Origin: ANME-2 cluster archaeon
GTDB taxonomy: Archaea > Halobacteriota > Methanosarcinia > Methanosarcinales > Methanocomedenaceae
Assembly: GCA_019429385.1 (NCBI GenBank)
Contig: JAHYIS010000008.1
Span: 4,318 to 68,317 of the forward strand
Direction of reading: 5' to 3'
DNA length: 64,000 bases
Part shown: in pieces, positions 41,577 through 50,991 of the stretch
How positions within the stretch are numbered: the first letter of the stretch is position 1
How the letters are laid out: each line of letters begins with the position of its first letter
Notes under the pieces: generated by a model
Told to the model about the DNA's origin: nothing
Database searches by the model: none
The model's input: the letters and a program-made list of their open reading frames with translations, nothing else
Program-made: the position numbers and the translations under genes

Positions 41577-41904
41577 TAATTATACGGGAGCAGGCATGTG
41601 GTCCTGGGTTTTGCAGCGTATCACTGGTGTACTGCTGGTAGTATATTTTATGGCACACATGTGGGGCATGCATTTCAGGTTCGAGTTCAAGACACCCCTG
41701 GATGGATTGTTGACATACATCCTTTCTACGGATTTCTTCCTGATAATAGTGGTACTGGTAGTGTATCACGGGTTCAATGGAATCCGTTCCGTGACCATCG
41801 ACCTGGTGGGAGGAATGCGGTTACAGCGCTGGTTATTCTGGGTGCTTATGGTATTAGGGGTATTGCTGTTATATTCGGTAAGTATCAGATCGAGGCTGTT
41901 TTGA
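41542..41904 (+). CDS. Small SDH/FRD membrane-anchor subunit candidate
   Basis: Three hydrophobic helices. MWSWVLQRITGVLLVVYFMAHMW resembles the SdhC/D His-containing helix. The start is uncertain: 41542, GTG 41566 or ATG 41596. Confidence 0.55.
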   Translation: MYSTEGRRVKINNYTGAGMWSWVLQRITGVLLVVYFMAHMWGMHFRFEFKTPLDGLLTYILSTDFFLIIVVLVVYHGFNGIRSVTIDLVGGMRLQRWLFWVLMVLGVLLLYSVSIRSRLF

Positions 41905-42001
41905 GCGGGGGTATCTAAATATTAAAGCGATTTTTATTCAATGATTATGGTTTAGCGCAAACATTATGTTGATGTTATTGTATATGTTTATGTAAACACA
42001 G

Positions 42002-42214
42002 ATGGTGATACAAATGACCGAATATGTGCGAACCACAATAAAGTTAAGAGAAGATGTTTACCAGACACTGAAAAAGGAAGCCGGACCAAAGAACTTATCT
42101 GAAAAAATCAACGACATATTGATGAAAACACTGTTCAAAGAAAAGAAGAGCCTGTTCGGGACAATGGAAAAAACCGATTTGTCTGATCTCAGGGATCATG
42201 AGGATAGGTCATAA
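42002..42214 (+). CDS. vapB: VapB-type antitoxin candidate
   Basis: 70-aa ORF whose stop overlaps the start of the downstream PIN gene (ATAATG). The N-terminal TIKLREDVYQTLKKEA looks RHH-like. Confidence 0.55.
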   Translation: MVIQMTEYVRTTIKLREDVYQTLKKEAGPKNLSEKINDILMKTLFKEKKSLFGTMEKTDLSDLRDHEDRS

Positions 42215-42588
42215 TGCTACTGGATTCTTTTGCCTGGATGGAGTATTTCATGGGGACAAAACAAGGTGAGGTTGTAAAAGAGTTGGTAGATGACAATGTG
42301 CAATTATATACCTCTCCTATTGTAATCGCTGAAATATACTCCAAATCTCTCAGGACTGATGGGAATGCAAAAGTGAGAACAGATTTCATAATTGACAGGT
42401 GTGCTTTAATTCCTATAGGTGATATTATTGCTATCGAGGCAGCCAAAGTCCATGCTGAGAATAAGAGGAAATATTCAGATTTTGGTCTTGACGATGCCTT
42501 TATACTTGCTTCGGCACGTAGTAAGGAATTGAAAGTACTAACAGGAGATTCACACTTCAGGGATTTCAAGGAAACTGTAATGCTGTAA
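42214..42588 (+). CDS. vapC: PIN-domain toxin VapC
   Basis: MLLDSFAWMEYF (Asp4), ..IAEIY.., ..LDDAFILASA.. and ..LTGDSHF form the acidic quartet pattern of PIN domains. Confidence 0.8.
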   Translation: MLLDSFAWMEYFMGTKQGEVVKELVDDNVQLYTSPIVIAEIYSKSLRTDGNAKVRTDFIIDRCALIPIGDIIAIEAAKVHAENKRKYSDFGLDDAFILASARSKELKVLTGDSHFRDFKETVML

Positions 42589-42652
42589 TCTATTTTTCTG
42601 GTAGATTATTTTCAATTTATTTTAGGGGGGTTAAGAATTGAAACCAAAGATT

Positions 42653-43036
42653 ATGAAATCAAAGGAAGAATGGAAAAATGAACTTGCTCCTGAAAAGTTT
42701 CACGTATTGATAGAAAAGGGAACCGAGCCGCCATTCACAGGCACGTTCAACAAGCACGATAAAGAAGGTGTCTATGTATGCGCAGCCTGCGGCCAGGAGC
42801 TGTTCCACTCTGACGAGAAGTATGATTCAGGTAGCGGCTGGCCGAGTTTCTGGACTCCCATATCAAATGATAAGGTTGAACTGAAGCCCGATAACAGTCT
42901 GGGGATGCACAGGATAGAGGTGGTGTGCAGCAGGTGTGGCGGGCACCTGGGGCATGTGTTCGATGACGGGCCGCAGCCGACCGGGGAGCGGTATTGCATT
43001 AATTCGCTGGCCCTGGAGTTTGAGGATGGGAAATAG
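42653..43036 (+). CDS. msrB: Peptide-methionine (R)-S-oxide reductase
   Basis: GVYVCAACGQELF, SGSGWPSF and RIEVVCSRCGGHLGHVFDDGP. The track start is TTG 42638. Confidence 0.92.
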   Translation: MKSKEEWKNELAPEKFHVLIEKGTEPPFTGTFNKHDKEGVYVCAACGQELFHSDEKYDSGSGWPSFWTPISNDKVELKPDNSLGMHRIEVVCSRCGGHLGHVFDDGPQPTGERYCINSLALEFEDGK

Positions 43037-43215
43037 GATAATCCAACCTGAATAGTATTTATTTACCGAAATTGCGGACGGTTTTCTTAATTGTTTTAAT
43101 TTTCTCAATGTCTTGATACCAATAATCATAGTCTGTCCTTGCCATAAAAATGATACAATAGCCAGGCCAAAATAACCACATCTTTTTATTGTAACAGATA
43201 CAAAACAGGAGCAGC

Positions 43216-44424
43216 ATGAAAGCCGTAATCCTTGCCGCCGGAGAAGGAACGCGTATGCGTCCGCTCACCCGTCACCGTCCCAAAGTGATGCTTCCTATCG
43301 GGAACCGCCCCTTACTGCAGCATGTCATTGAACAGGTAAAAAATGCCGGCGTTGACCACGTTATCCTGGTCATAGGGTACCAGGGCGACACTATCATGGA
43401 ACATTTCGGGGAAGGGGAACGGTTCGGTGTTAAAATTGATTATGTGATACAGGAAGAACGGCTGGGCACTGCCCATGCCATCGGTACTGCACGCACCCTG
43501 ATCGATGAGCGGTTCCTGGTGTTGAATGGCGATGTCATGGTCACAACAGCACAGGTCAGGACCCTGCTTGAGAGGGACGAAGTGGCGGTCATGGCAGCAC
43601 TTGAAGTGGAAGATGCATCGCAGTTCGGTGTGCTGGAAGTCGAAGGAGGATTGGTGGTCAGGTTGCACGAGAAACCAGAGAAACCTCCAACCAATCTTGC
43701 AAATGCAGGAATTTATGTTTTTGAACCTGAAGTGTTCGGCGGTATTGACAGGACACCCCTATCCACACGAAACGAATATGAAATAACCAGGACCATCCAG
43801 GATATGATCGATAACGGTATCCATGTGGGTTATCAGGTACTTTCCGGCACCTGGCAGGATGTAGGTAGACCGTGGGAGCTCCTGGATGCGAACAGGGACT
43901 TCCTCAAGACCATTCACACAGATATCAAAGGCGACATCGAGGATGGTGTACATATCCACGGTCCTGTGATAATCGATACGGGTGCCAGGGTCCGCAGCGG
44001 CGCATATATTGAAGGACCGGCAATAATCGGACCAGATTGCGATATTGGACCTAACTGCTATATCCGGCCATATACCAGCCTGGGCAGGGGTGTGCGTATC
44101 GGCAATGCCGTTGAGGTCAAGAACTCGATAATCATGGACAGGACACATATAGGCCACCTGTCCTATGTGGGTGATAGTGTCATTGGCACTGGCTGTAATT
44201 TCGGGGCCGGGACGAAAGTGGCGAACCTGCGGCATGATGGCGGCAATATTAAGATTTTGATTAACGGTAAAAGGATAGATTCCGGGCGCAGGAAACTGGG
44301 TACCATCATGGGTGATAACGTGCATACCGGCATCAACAGCATGTTGAACGTGGGGTCGGTAATCGAGCCAGGCAGTAATATCCAGCCAGGTGAATTGGTA
44401 AGGGATCATTATCCCCATAAATAA
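43216..44424 (+). CDS. Bifunctional sugar-1-phosphate nucleotidylyltransferase / left-handed beta-helix acetyltransferase (archaeal GlmU-like)
   Basis: MKAVILAAGEGTRMRPLT, LVLNGD and C-terminal hexapeptide repeats (IGPNCYI.., IGNAVEV.., IGTGCNF..). Confidence 0.85.
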   Translation: MKAVILAAGEGTRMRPLTRHRPKVMLPIGNRPLLQHVIEQVKNAGVDHVILVIGYQGDTIMEHFGEGERFGVKIDYVIQEERLGTAHAIGTARTLIDERFLVLNGDVMVTTAQVRTLLERDEVAVMAALEVEDASQFGVLEVEGGLVVRLHEKPEKPPTNLANAGIYVFEPEVFGGIDRTPLSTRNEYEITRTIQDMIDNGIHVGYQVLSGTWQDVGRPWELLDANRDFLKTIHTDIKGDIEDGVHIHGPVIIDTGARVRSGAYIEGPAIIGPDCDIGPNCYIRPYTSLGRGVRIGNAVEVKNSIIMDRTHIGHLSYVGDSVIGTGCNFGAGTKVANLRHDGGNIKILINGKRIDSGRRKLGTIMGDNVHTGINSMLNVGSVIEPGSNIQPGELVRDHYPHK

Positions 44425-44450
44425 GAACTATTAAGATTGGTGATTTAACA

Positions 44451-45740
44451 TTGAATGTTTCTATAATAGGTTCCGGTTATGTAGGTACGGTAACAGCAGC
44501 GTGTTTTGCCGAACTGGGGCACAATGTGGTGTGTATAGACATCGACCCTGAAAAGGTGGATATGATTAACAGGGGCGAACCTCCAATATATGAAGACGGA
44601 CTGGAAGAACTCCTTGCAAAACATGCAGGTAAGACACTTCGGGCTACTGCAGAATATGATGATGCTGTGTCCAGTACTGACATATCGTTCATCTGCGTTG
44701 GTACCCCGTCGGATGATGAAGGCAATATCGACCTCTCCATTGTCAGGGCAGCCAGTAAAAGCCTTGGTATAGCACTGGCTAAAAAAGACGGATACCATGT
44801 AGTTGTTGTGAAAAGCACAGTCGTGCCCCAGACCACGGAAAATGTGGTGGTGCCGCTCATTGAGAGCGTTTCAGGTAAAAAAGCGGGTGTGGATTTTGGT
44901 GCTGCCATGAACCCGGAGTTCCTTCGGGAAGGAAAGGCCGTGTATGATTTCATGCATCCTGATAAGATTGTGGTAGGTGCCATAGACCGGCGTTCAGATG
45001 ATACGGTATCTGCTTTGTATGCAGGTCTTGAACGTGAGATAACCCATGTAGATCCCGGCACGGCAGAGATGATAAAATACGTGAACAACTCGTTCCTTGC
45101 AACCAAGATATCGTTTTCAAATGAGATAGGGAATATCTGCAAGAAACTGGGCATCAATACCTACCAGGTTATGGACGCTGTGGGAAAGGATTTCAGGATA
45201 TCGCCCTATTTCCTGAACTCTGGTGCAGGTTTCGGGGGTTCGTGCTTCCCCAAGGACGTCAAGGCACTGATAGGGAAAGCCAGGGAACAGGGATATGAAC
45301 CTGTATTGCTTAATTCCGTGATCAAAGTCAATGAGCTCCAGCCCCTGATAATGGTAGACCTGCTGGAGTCCAGACTTGGCGACCTGAACGGCCTGACCAT
45401 TGCCGTGCTGGGCCTGGCATTTAAGAATGATACCGATGATATCAGGGAATCCAGGTCCATACCTGTGATAAAGGCATTACTGGACAGGGGTGCTGTTGTT
45501 ACCGCATATGACCCCATGGCCGCTGATATTATGAAGCAGTTATTTGACAATACCATCGTTCATTATTGCGACAGCGCGGCGCAGGCCCTGGAAGGTGCCC
45601 ACGGTTGTCTTGTGATGACCGAGTGGGATGAGTTCAGGTCATTGTGCCATGAGTTTTTGACTATGAAAAGACCGCTGGTAATTGATGGGCGCAACGTCAT
45701 TTCCTGCAATGGGATCGAATATGTGGGCTTATGCTGGTGA
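44451..45740 (+). CDS. Nucleotide-sugar 6-dehydrogenase (UDP-glucose / UDP-ManNAc dehydrogenase family)
   Basis: TTG start. VSIIGSGYVGTVTAACFA, GFGGSCFPKD (catalytic Cys) and LGLAFKNDTDDIRES. Confidence 0.9.
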   Translation: MNVSIIGSGYVGTVTAACFAELGHNVVCIDIDPEKVDMINRGEPPIYEDGLEELLAKHAGKTLRATAEYDDAVSSTDISFICVGTPSDDEGNIDLSIVRAASKSLGIALAKKDGYHVVVVKSTVVPQTTENVVVPLIESVSGKKAGVDFGAAMNPEFLREGKAVYDFMHPDKIVVGAIDRRSDDTVSALYAGLEREITHVDPGTAEMIKYVNNSFLATKISFSNEIGNICKKLGINTYQVMDAVGKDFRISPYFLNSGAGFGGSCFPKDVKALIGKAREQGYEPVLLNSVIKVNELQPLIMVDLLESRLGDLNGLTIAVLGLAFKNDTDDIRESRSIPVIKALLDRGAVVTAYDPMAADIMKQLFDNTIVHYCDSAAQALEGAHGCLVMTEWDEFRSLCHEFLTMKRPLVIDGRNVISCNGIEYVGLCW

Positions 45741-46897
45741 GCACATTGCAAAAGACCTCTCAACGCTGTGACTATTTTGGCGAATCTGTGATCAGGGATA
45801 TGACACGGTTGGCACTGCGTTACGACGCAGTGAACCTTGCCCAGGGATTTCCTGATTTCCCTGCGCCCGAAGAATTGAAAAAAGCAGCCTGTGATGCGGT
45901 TACGACCGACCATAACCAGTACGCTATTACATGGGGCGCCAGGGAACTGAGAGAAGCGATAGCGAACAAGGCTGCCCGGTTCAACAACATCAAGGCAGAC
46001 CCTGAACAGGAAGTGACAGTGACCTGCGGTACCACTGAGGCAATGATGGCATCCATGCTGGCAATGATAGACCCGGGAGACGAAGTGGTCATTTTTGAAC
46101 CGTTCTACGAGAATTACGGTCCTGATGCAGCGGTCTCCGGTGCAGTGCCCAGGTTCGTACCCCTGGAAGGGGACGATTTTACCTTTGATGCTGATGTACT
46201 TGCTGCAGCGTTCAATCACAGGACAAAGGCACTGGTCCTGAACACGCCCAACAACCCCACAGGGAAGGTGTTTGACAAAGAAGAGATGTCGATAATCGCT
46301 GACCTTGCAACCGACAATGATGTAACCGTGATAACAGACGAGATATATGAGCATATCATCTATGACGGGGCACAGCATACCAGTATTGCTTCGATGGGTG
46401 ACATGGACCAGCGCACCATTACTATCGGGGGTTTCAGCAAGACATATAGTGTTACCGGCTGGCGTGTGGGGTATGTGCTTGCGCCGCCCCATCTGACAGG
46501 TGCCATACGCAAGGTGCATGATTTTCTCACGGTAGGGGCACCGGCTCCTTTACAGCATGCCTGTGTTGCAGCCCTTGACCTGCCACCTGCATACTATGAA
46601 GAACTGGTCAGGATGTATGATAAAAAACGGCACATGCTCTATAATGCTCTTACCAAGAATGGATTTACCTGTAAGCTTCCCCAGGGGGCATATTACATCC
46701 TGGCTGATATTTCAGCATTTGACAGGGGAGATGATGTTACGTTTGCGCATTATCTTGCCTCTGAAATCGGCGTGGCGGCAGTGCCAGGCAGTAGTTTCTT
46801 CAAAAATCCTGAAATGGGGGCAAACACTGTGAGGTTTACGTTCTCCAAGAGCGATGAAACTCTGCAAAAAGCTGTATCCAGACTGGAAAACCTATAA
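45731..46897 (+). CDS. Class I/II PLP aminotransferase (aspartate/kynurenine aminotransferase-like)
   Basis: VNLAQGFPDFP, NTPNNPTGKV, DEIYEHI and FSKTYSVTGWRVGY (PLP Lys). Confidence 0.85.
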   Translation: MLVSTLQKTSQRCDYFGESVIRDMTRLALRYDAVNLAQGFPDFPAPEELKKAACDAVTTDHNQYAITWGARELREAIANKAARFNNIKADPEQEVTVTCGTTEAMMASMLAMIDPGDEVVIFEPFYENYGPDAAVSGAVPRFVPLEGDDFTFDADVLAAAFNHRTKALVLNTPNNPTGKVFDKEEMSIIADLATDNDVTVITDEIYEHIIYDGAQHTSIASMGDMDQRTITIGGFSKTYSVTGWRVGYVLAPPHLTGAIRKVHDFLTVGAPAPLQHACVAALDLPPAYYEELVRMYDKKRHMLYNALTKNGFTCKLPQGAYYILADISAFDRGDDVTFAHYLASEIGVAAVPGSSFFKNPEMGANTVRFTFSKSDETLQKAVSRLENL

Positions 46898-46960
46898 CCA
46901 TCGATGCAATATCGATGTACTTATTTATTAGGAGGTATAAAGTTTCATTTCGGTGAGATT

Positions 46961-47713
46961 ATGTCAGGTGATGATAAATCCCAGTATGGAGAAAATGTAA
47001 AAATTATTACTAAGTCGGTATCACTTGAAAACCCGATTATTTTTGAGGGTTTTCCGGGTATTGGGCTTGTTGGGAATATTGCCAGCCAGCATCTGATAGA
47101 TGAACTGAACATGAAATATATTGGAAGTATTGAATCAAAATATTTCCCGCCAATTGCGGTTCTATTCAATGGTATTATCAATATGCCCGTTCGTATTTAT
47201 GAATGTGTGGAACACAATATATTGACCGTGATCTCTGATATCCCCATTCATCCGACTATTTCATACGAGGTCAGTAAGGTTTTGATAGACTGGGCCCAGT
47301 CATTGAATGTAAGAGAGATCGTATCAATTGCAGGGATAGCTACCATGTCTGGCGAAAACAAAGTTTTTGGGGCAGCAACCAATGAAGAAATGCTTGAAAA
47401 AATAAAAGAGCATGTTGAGGTATTCCAGGTTGGTACGATAAGCGGTATTTCCGGCAGCGTGATGACAGAATGCTACATGCGAAATATTCCCGCGGTAAGC
47501 CTGTTGGGAGAGACCAACAGTCCAAACCCTGACCCCAGAGCTGCGGCAATGGTCATAAAGATCTTAAATAATATCTACGATCTCTCTATTAACACTGAAA
47601 ACCTGCTTGAACAGGCAGAACAGATCGAACTTGAACTGCAAAAACTTGCTGAACAGGTCAGGACTACAGAAGAGGGCGAACAACCCAGACGTGAGTTCCC
47701 AATGTACGGGTAA
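46961..47713 (+). CDS. PAC2-family proteasome-assembly chaperone-like protein
   Basis: ENPIIFEGFPGIGLVGNIASQHLIDEL is the typical archaeal PAC2 N-terminus. ATG 46961 is preferred over the track start at 46904. Confidence 0.7.
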   Translation: MSGDDKSQYGENVKIITKSVSLENPIIFEGFPGIGLVGNIASQHLIDELNMKYIGSIESKYFPPIAVLFNGIINMPVRIYECVEHNILTVISDIPIHPTISYEVSKVLIDWAQSLNVREIVSIAGIATMSGENKVFGAATNEEMLEKIKEHVEVFQVGTISGISGSVMTECYMRNIPAVSLLGETNSPNPDPRAAAMVIKILNNIYDLSINTENLLEQAEQIELELQKLAEQVRTTEEGEQPRREFPMYG

Positions 47714-47736
47714 GAATAAGCGTGGGAGTGTTGTAA

Positions 47737-48126
47737 ATGCAATATATAGCGCTAACAGGTATATCTTCGCAGGTGCTCAAGGAGCTACAGGAGAACTGTA
47801 TTCGTACTATTGAGATACACAGTCCCCATAATTTTTTATCCGTTTATCATACTGAAGTTGGCGACCTGCTTTTCCTGACCAAATCCAGTTATAATGATAT
47901 TAAGACCGGGACAATAGGTATACTGGCAAAGATAAAGGAACGGCATATCTCAATGCATCGCTTTGTCAGCAGGTCGCAAGAGATGTTTGAGGAGTGCGAA
48001 ACTTTTGCAGCAAGGATTCAATTGCAGTTACAGGGAATTGCCAGGGTACGCACGGTTGGAGATGCTGTTATGGGCAGTCCTTTCTTTGTGGATGCTGACA
48101 GTGTCACGTATCTTGAAGCAAAATGA
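47737..48126 (+). CDS. Hypothetical protein
   Basis: 129-aa ORF with reasonable coding texture. No family recognised. Confidence 0.4.
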   Translation: MQYIALTGISSQVLKELQENCIRTIEIHSPHNFLSVYHTEVGDLLFLTKSSYNDIKTGTIGILAKIKERHISMHRFVSRSQEMFEECETFAARIQLQLQGIARVRTVGDAVMGSPFFVDADSVTYLEAK

Positions 48127-48223
48127 TATGCCATAAAACTCTTTTATTTGGAATTTGTACCAAAGAGTTTTTATGGTTGGAATACTATTTGAAAGTCCAC
48201 TGGCCAAATCGGTAAACGCCTGT

Positions 48224-48301
48224 GGGCTCGTGGCTTAGCCAGGATATAGCGCCGGGCTTCTAACCCGGATGTCGAGGGTTCGAATCCCTCCGGGCCCGCC
48301 A
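48224..48301 (+). tRNA. tRNA-Arg (anticodon TCT), CCA encoded
   Basis: Hand-folded cloverleaf. Acceptor gggctcg/cgggccc, anticodon arm ccggg-cttctaa-cccgg, T arm gaggg-ttcgaat-ccctc. Confidence 0.9.
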
Positions 48302-48337
48302 GTTGAAATTGAAAGGAAAAACAGGACATATCATCAT

Positions 48338-48443
<106 letters not shown>

Positions 48444-48602
48444 TTAATTTTTATTACCGTTTTTGGGATTGTGATTTTTAAAAAAATTGGATCGGTGTTC
48501 AATACCAGACATAGATATGATAGGAAGATCGAATTTTCTATAGAGTAGTATAATTTTTAAAATGGTCTTGATGCAAAGATAAAAGCCTAACAAAATGTAA
48601 AG

Positions 48603-48677
48603 TGCTCCGGCCGGGATTTGAACCCGAGTCTTCGGCTCGAAAGGCCGGAATGATTGACCGGACTACACTACCGGAGC
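48603..48677 (-). tRNA. tRNA-Glu (anticodon TTC)
   Basis: Reverse complement: gctccgg-ta-gtgtagtccggtcaatcat-t-ccggc-ctttcga-gccga-agac-tcggg-ttcaaat-cccgg-ccggagc-a. There is a C27/A43 mismatch. Confidence 0.9.
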
Positions 48678-48710
48678 ACGATGGTGTTTTTGTTGCATAT
48701 GATTGAATTA

Positions 48711-48818
48711 TAGTCCCGGGCGGATTCGAACCGCCGTCGCGGGCTGTCCTCATCCTCGACCCTACAAGAGTCTCGGGATTCCAAAGGCCTGCAGGATTGA
48801 CCTCTACCCTACGGGACT
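48711..48818 (-). tRNA. tRNA-Gln (anticodon TTG) with a 35-nt intron at 37/38
   Basis: Reverse complement: acceptor agtcccg/cgggact, anticodon stem caggc/gcccg (A28/C42 mismatch), loop ctttgg(a). BHB: cttt pairs with intron gagg (two G-U pairs), with 3-nt bulges at both junctions. The outer helix is atcc/ggat. Confidence 0.8.
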
Positions 48819-48952
48819 GCAGGGTATCCTAATAGCGCATTAAAGTACTTATTCTTTATTGTTACCTGGGCCGATAATTGACAATTGTATCAAAACGTTT
48901 ATGTCTTTTCAATGCATCCAAGAGCAACACTCGCCTACCCACAATACAATGT

Positions 48953-49027
48953 GCCCGGGTGGGGTAGGGGTTATCCTATAGGACTGTGGATCCTTCGACT
49001 CGGGTTCGATTCCCGACCCGGGCCCCA
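48953..49027 (+). tRNA. tRNA-His (anticodon GTG), C73 and CCA encoded, no encoded G-1
   Basis: Acceptor gcccggg/cccgggc, anticodon arm tagga-ctgtgga-tcctt, T arm tcggg-ttcgatt-cccga. The base at -1 (48952) is T. Confidence 0.85.
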
Positions 49028-49166
49028 TTTCAACTCACCATCGGACTTTTTAATAATCCTTTCTGTTGTAAGTGACCTCAGGATTGCGGAATTATAAAAC
49101 CATTATAAAAAGTTCCACGTAACAAAGTGGATTTAAATAACCAGGATAAAAAGGAATGAGACGAAC

Positions 49167-49586
49167 CTATTTAGATTCGTCTGCGGCGCCTTCGCCAGCT
49201 TCGGCCCCGCCGCCCAGAAGTTCATGAATGGATTTACTGCCGTAATCTTCAATAACCGTATTTATCTGGCCAATATCGGAAGCTATCTCCTCGCCCCTGA
49301 TAGCCTTACGGCGTCTCATCCCATCAACCTTGGTCTTGAATCCAACGCCACCTGATACGAGTACCTTGCGACGGCTGGGACCTGGAAGGCCGCTTCGCAT
49401 GGGGAACCCGCCATTATCAGTTCCGCCAGTGATCTTCAGGGAATATCCCGGTAGGTTCACAGCGTCTCCCTTTACAATATCACCAATATTCTTACCGATA
49501 AAATTGTTGATATTGTTATCCGAAATCTGTATCTGGTGTGCATGTCCTGTCTTTCTATCTGAAACAATAACTCTGAAATCTGCCAT
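49167..49586 (-). CDS. rps6e: 30S ribosomal protein S6e
   Basis: MADFRVIVSDRKTGHAHQIQISD...GGTDNGGFPMRSGLPGPSRRKVLVSGGVGF is the S6e signature region. Confidence 0.95.
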   Translation of the reverse strand: MADFRVIVSDRKTGHAHQIQISDNNINNFIGKNIGDIVKGDAVNLPGYSLKITGGTDNGGFPMRSGLPGPSRRKVLVSGGVGFKTKVDGMRRRKAIRGEEIASDIGQINTVIEDYGSKSIHELLGGGAEAGEGAADESK

Positions 49587-49770
49587 TCATTATCTCCTTA
49601 TGGGATCATCAAATTTGAAATATGAAGTTCAATTCAAACGTATGAATATATCGGACTTTACAAGCTATAAAGATATTTAAGATTATCGTGAGGATGGACA
49701 AATACCATCATTTCCATGGTCAGCGACACAATGCAATACTATTAACATATAAGGAACTATCAGGAGATAT

Positions 49771-50775
49771 ATGAACAAGGAGGCACCCGTAATTGGCATT
49801 GACATCGGTGGTGCCAACACCAAATTAGCTTTTGCAGACCGTTCTATCGTCGAGCTGCACTATATCCCGTTGTGGAAAGATACTCAGCTCCCCCAGGCCC
49901 TTCAGGATATGGCCAGGCGTTTCAAACCCGGAAAAGTAGGAGTGGTCATAACCGGCGAACTGGCAGATTGCTTTCCTGACAAGGAACAGGGTGTACGGTT
50001 CATTGTAGACGCTGTAGATGCAGCATTTCCCGGTGCAATGTACCTTGACCACCACGGTCTTTTCTCGAACAGCAGCAATATCAGTGATATCCGCTCACTG
50101 GCAGCCGCCAACTGGATGGCTTCGGCGCTGCTGGCAGGCAGAGATATTGATTGCATTTTTGTCGATGCAGGCAGTACCACCACGGACCTCATTCCTGTGA
50201 AGAACGGGCGCCCGCTTGCAGGAGATACTGACCTGAAACGTTTAGGCCGCCATGAACTGCTTTATCGCGGCATGCTGCGCACGAACATTGCAGCATTCAT
50301 GAACAGGATAGAACTGGGTGGCGTGCAGTACAGGGTCGCTTCAGAACTGTTCGCCCAGACCGGTGACGCGTATGTACTCCTGGGATGCGTCCGGCCTGAA
50401 GATTATACCTGCGATACGCCCGATGGTGAGGGAAAGACCCCCAAATCTGCGGCCCGGCGCCTTGCAAGGGTGGTATGTGCAGACACCACAGAATTGCAAC
50501 ATGAAGATATCATGAATATTGCCAGGCAGATCTATCTACACCAGCGGGATGAACTATCTGAAGCACTGGAATTACTCTCTAAGCAGCATGGTATTAAAAA
50601 AGTAGTGGGGGCGGGCCTGGGCGAGCTACTGATCCAGGATGCTGCCCGGCATGCAGGACTTGGAAGCACCTTGCTGTCCAGAAAATACGGCCCTGACATC
50701 TCAAAAGTATTCCCGGCATTTGCAGTTGCCTGCCTGCTCAGCGAATATGATACCTCTTCTCAGTTATCGTACTGA
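49771..50775 (+). CDS. Hydantoinase/oxoprolinase-like ATPase of the H4MPT-linked C1-transfer pathway family
   Basis: The N-terminal IGIDIGGANTK actin-fold phosphate loop, the 334-aa length and the later DAGSTTTD fit. The family assignment is from memory of methanogen/methylotroph orthologues. Confidence 0.65.
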   Translation: MNKEAPVIGIDIGGANTKLAFADRSIVELHYIPLWKDTQLPQALQDMARRFKPGKVGVVITGELADCFPDKEQGVRFIVDAVDAAFPGAMYLDHHGLFSNSSNISDIRSLAAANWMASALLAGRDIDCIFVDAGSTTTDLIPVKNGRPLAGDTDLKRLGRHELLYRGMLRTNIAAFMNRIELGGVQYRVASELFAQTGDAYVLLGCVRPEDYTCDTPDGEGKTPKSAARRLARVVCADTTELQHEDIMNIARQIYLHQRDELSEALELLSKQHGIKKVVGAGLGELLIQDAARHAGLGSTLLSRKYGPDISKVFPAFAVACLLSEYDTSSQLSY

Positions 50776-50991
50776 CGCAGAAAGTTCCCTTTGGCCTCAT
50801 GAAGTAATGCTGTCAAACCGAAACAGTCTCGATGAAACGATTCTCTGTCTGCGCCTTTCTCATCGCCGGAAACGTTGTTCGTTCTATGACATCCGGTACC
50901 AGAAGAATTACTCGTTATTGACCTTACACGAAAAAAAGATTAATAAAAGAAAATGTATGGAATTATCTCATTATTTTGAGGTTATGAGAAT

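Noticed and set aside
45563-46519. 318-aa minus-strand ORF. Similar long antisense ORFs occur at 39625-40452, 40644-41288, 29673-30512, 5949-6683, 7437-8183, 38308-38943 and 44477-45157.
   Set aside because: Each lies opposite a gene with strong family motifs (aminotransferase, sdhA/B, thermosome, uvrA, uvrB, lyase, dehydrogenase). Each has a Cys/His/Arg- or Ser-rich composition typical of antisense frames in GC-richer genes.
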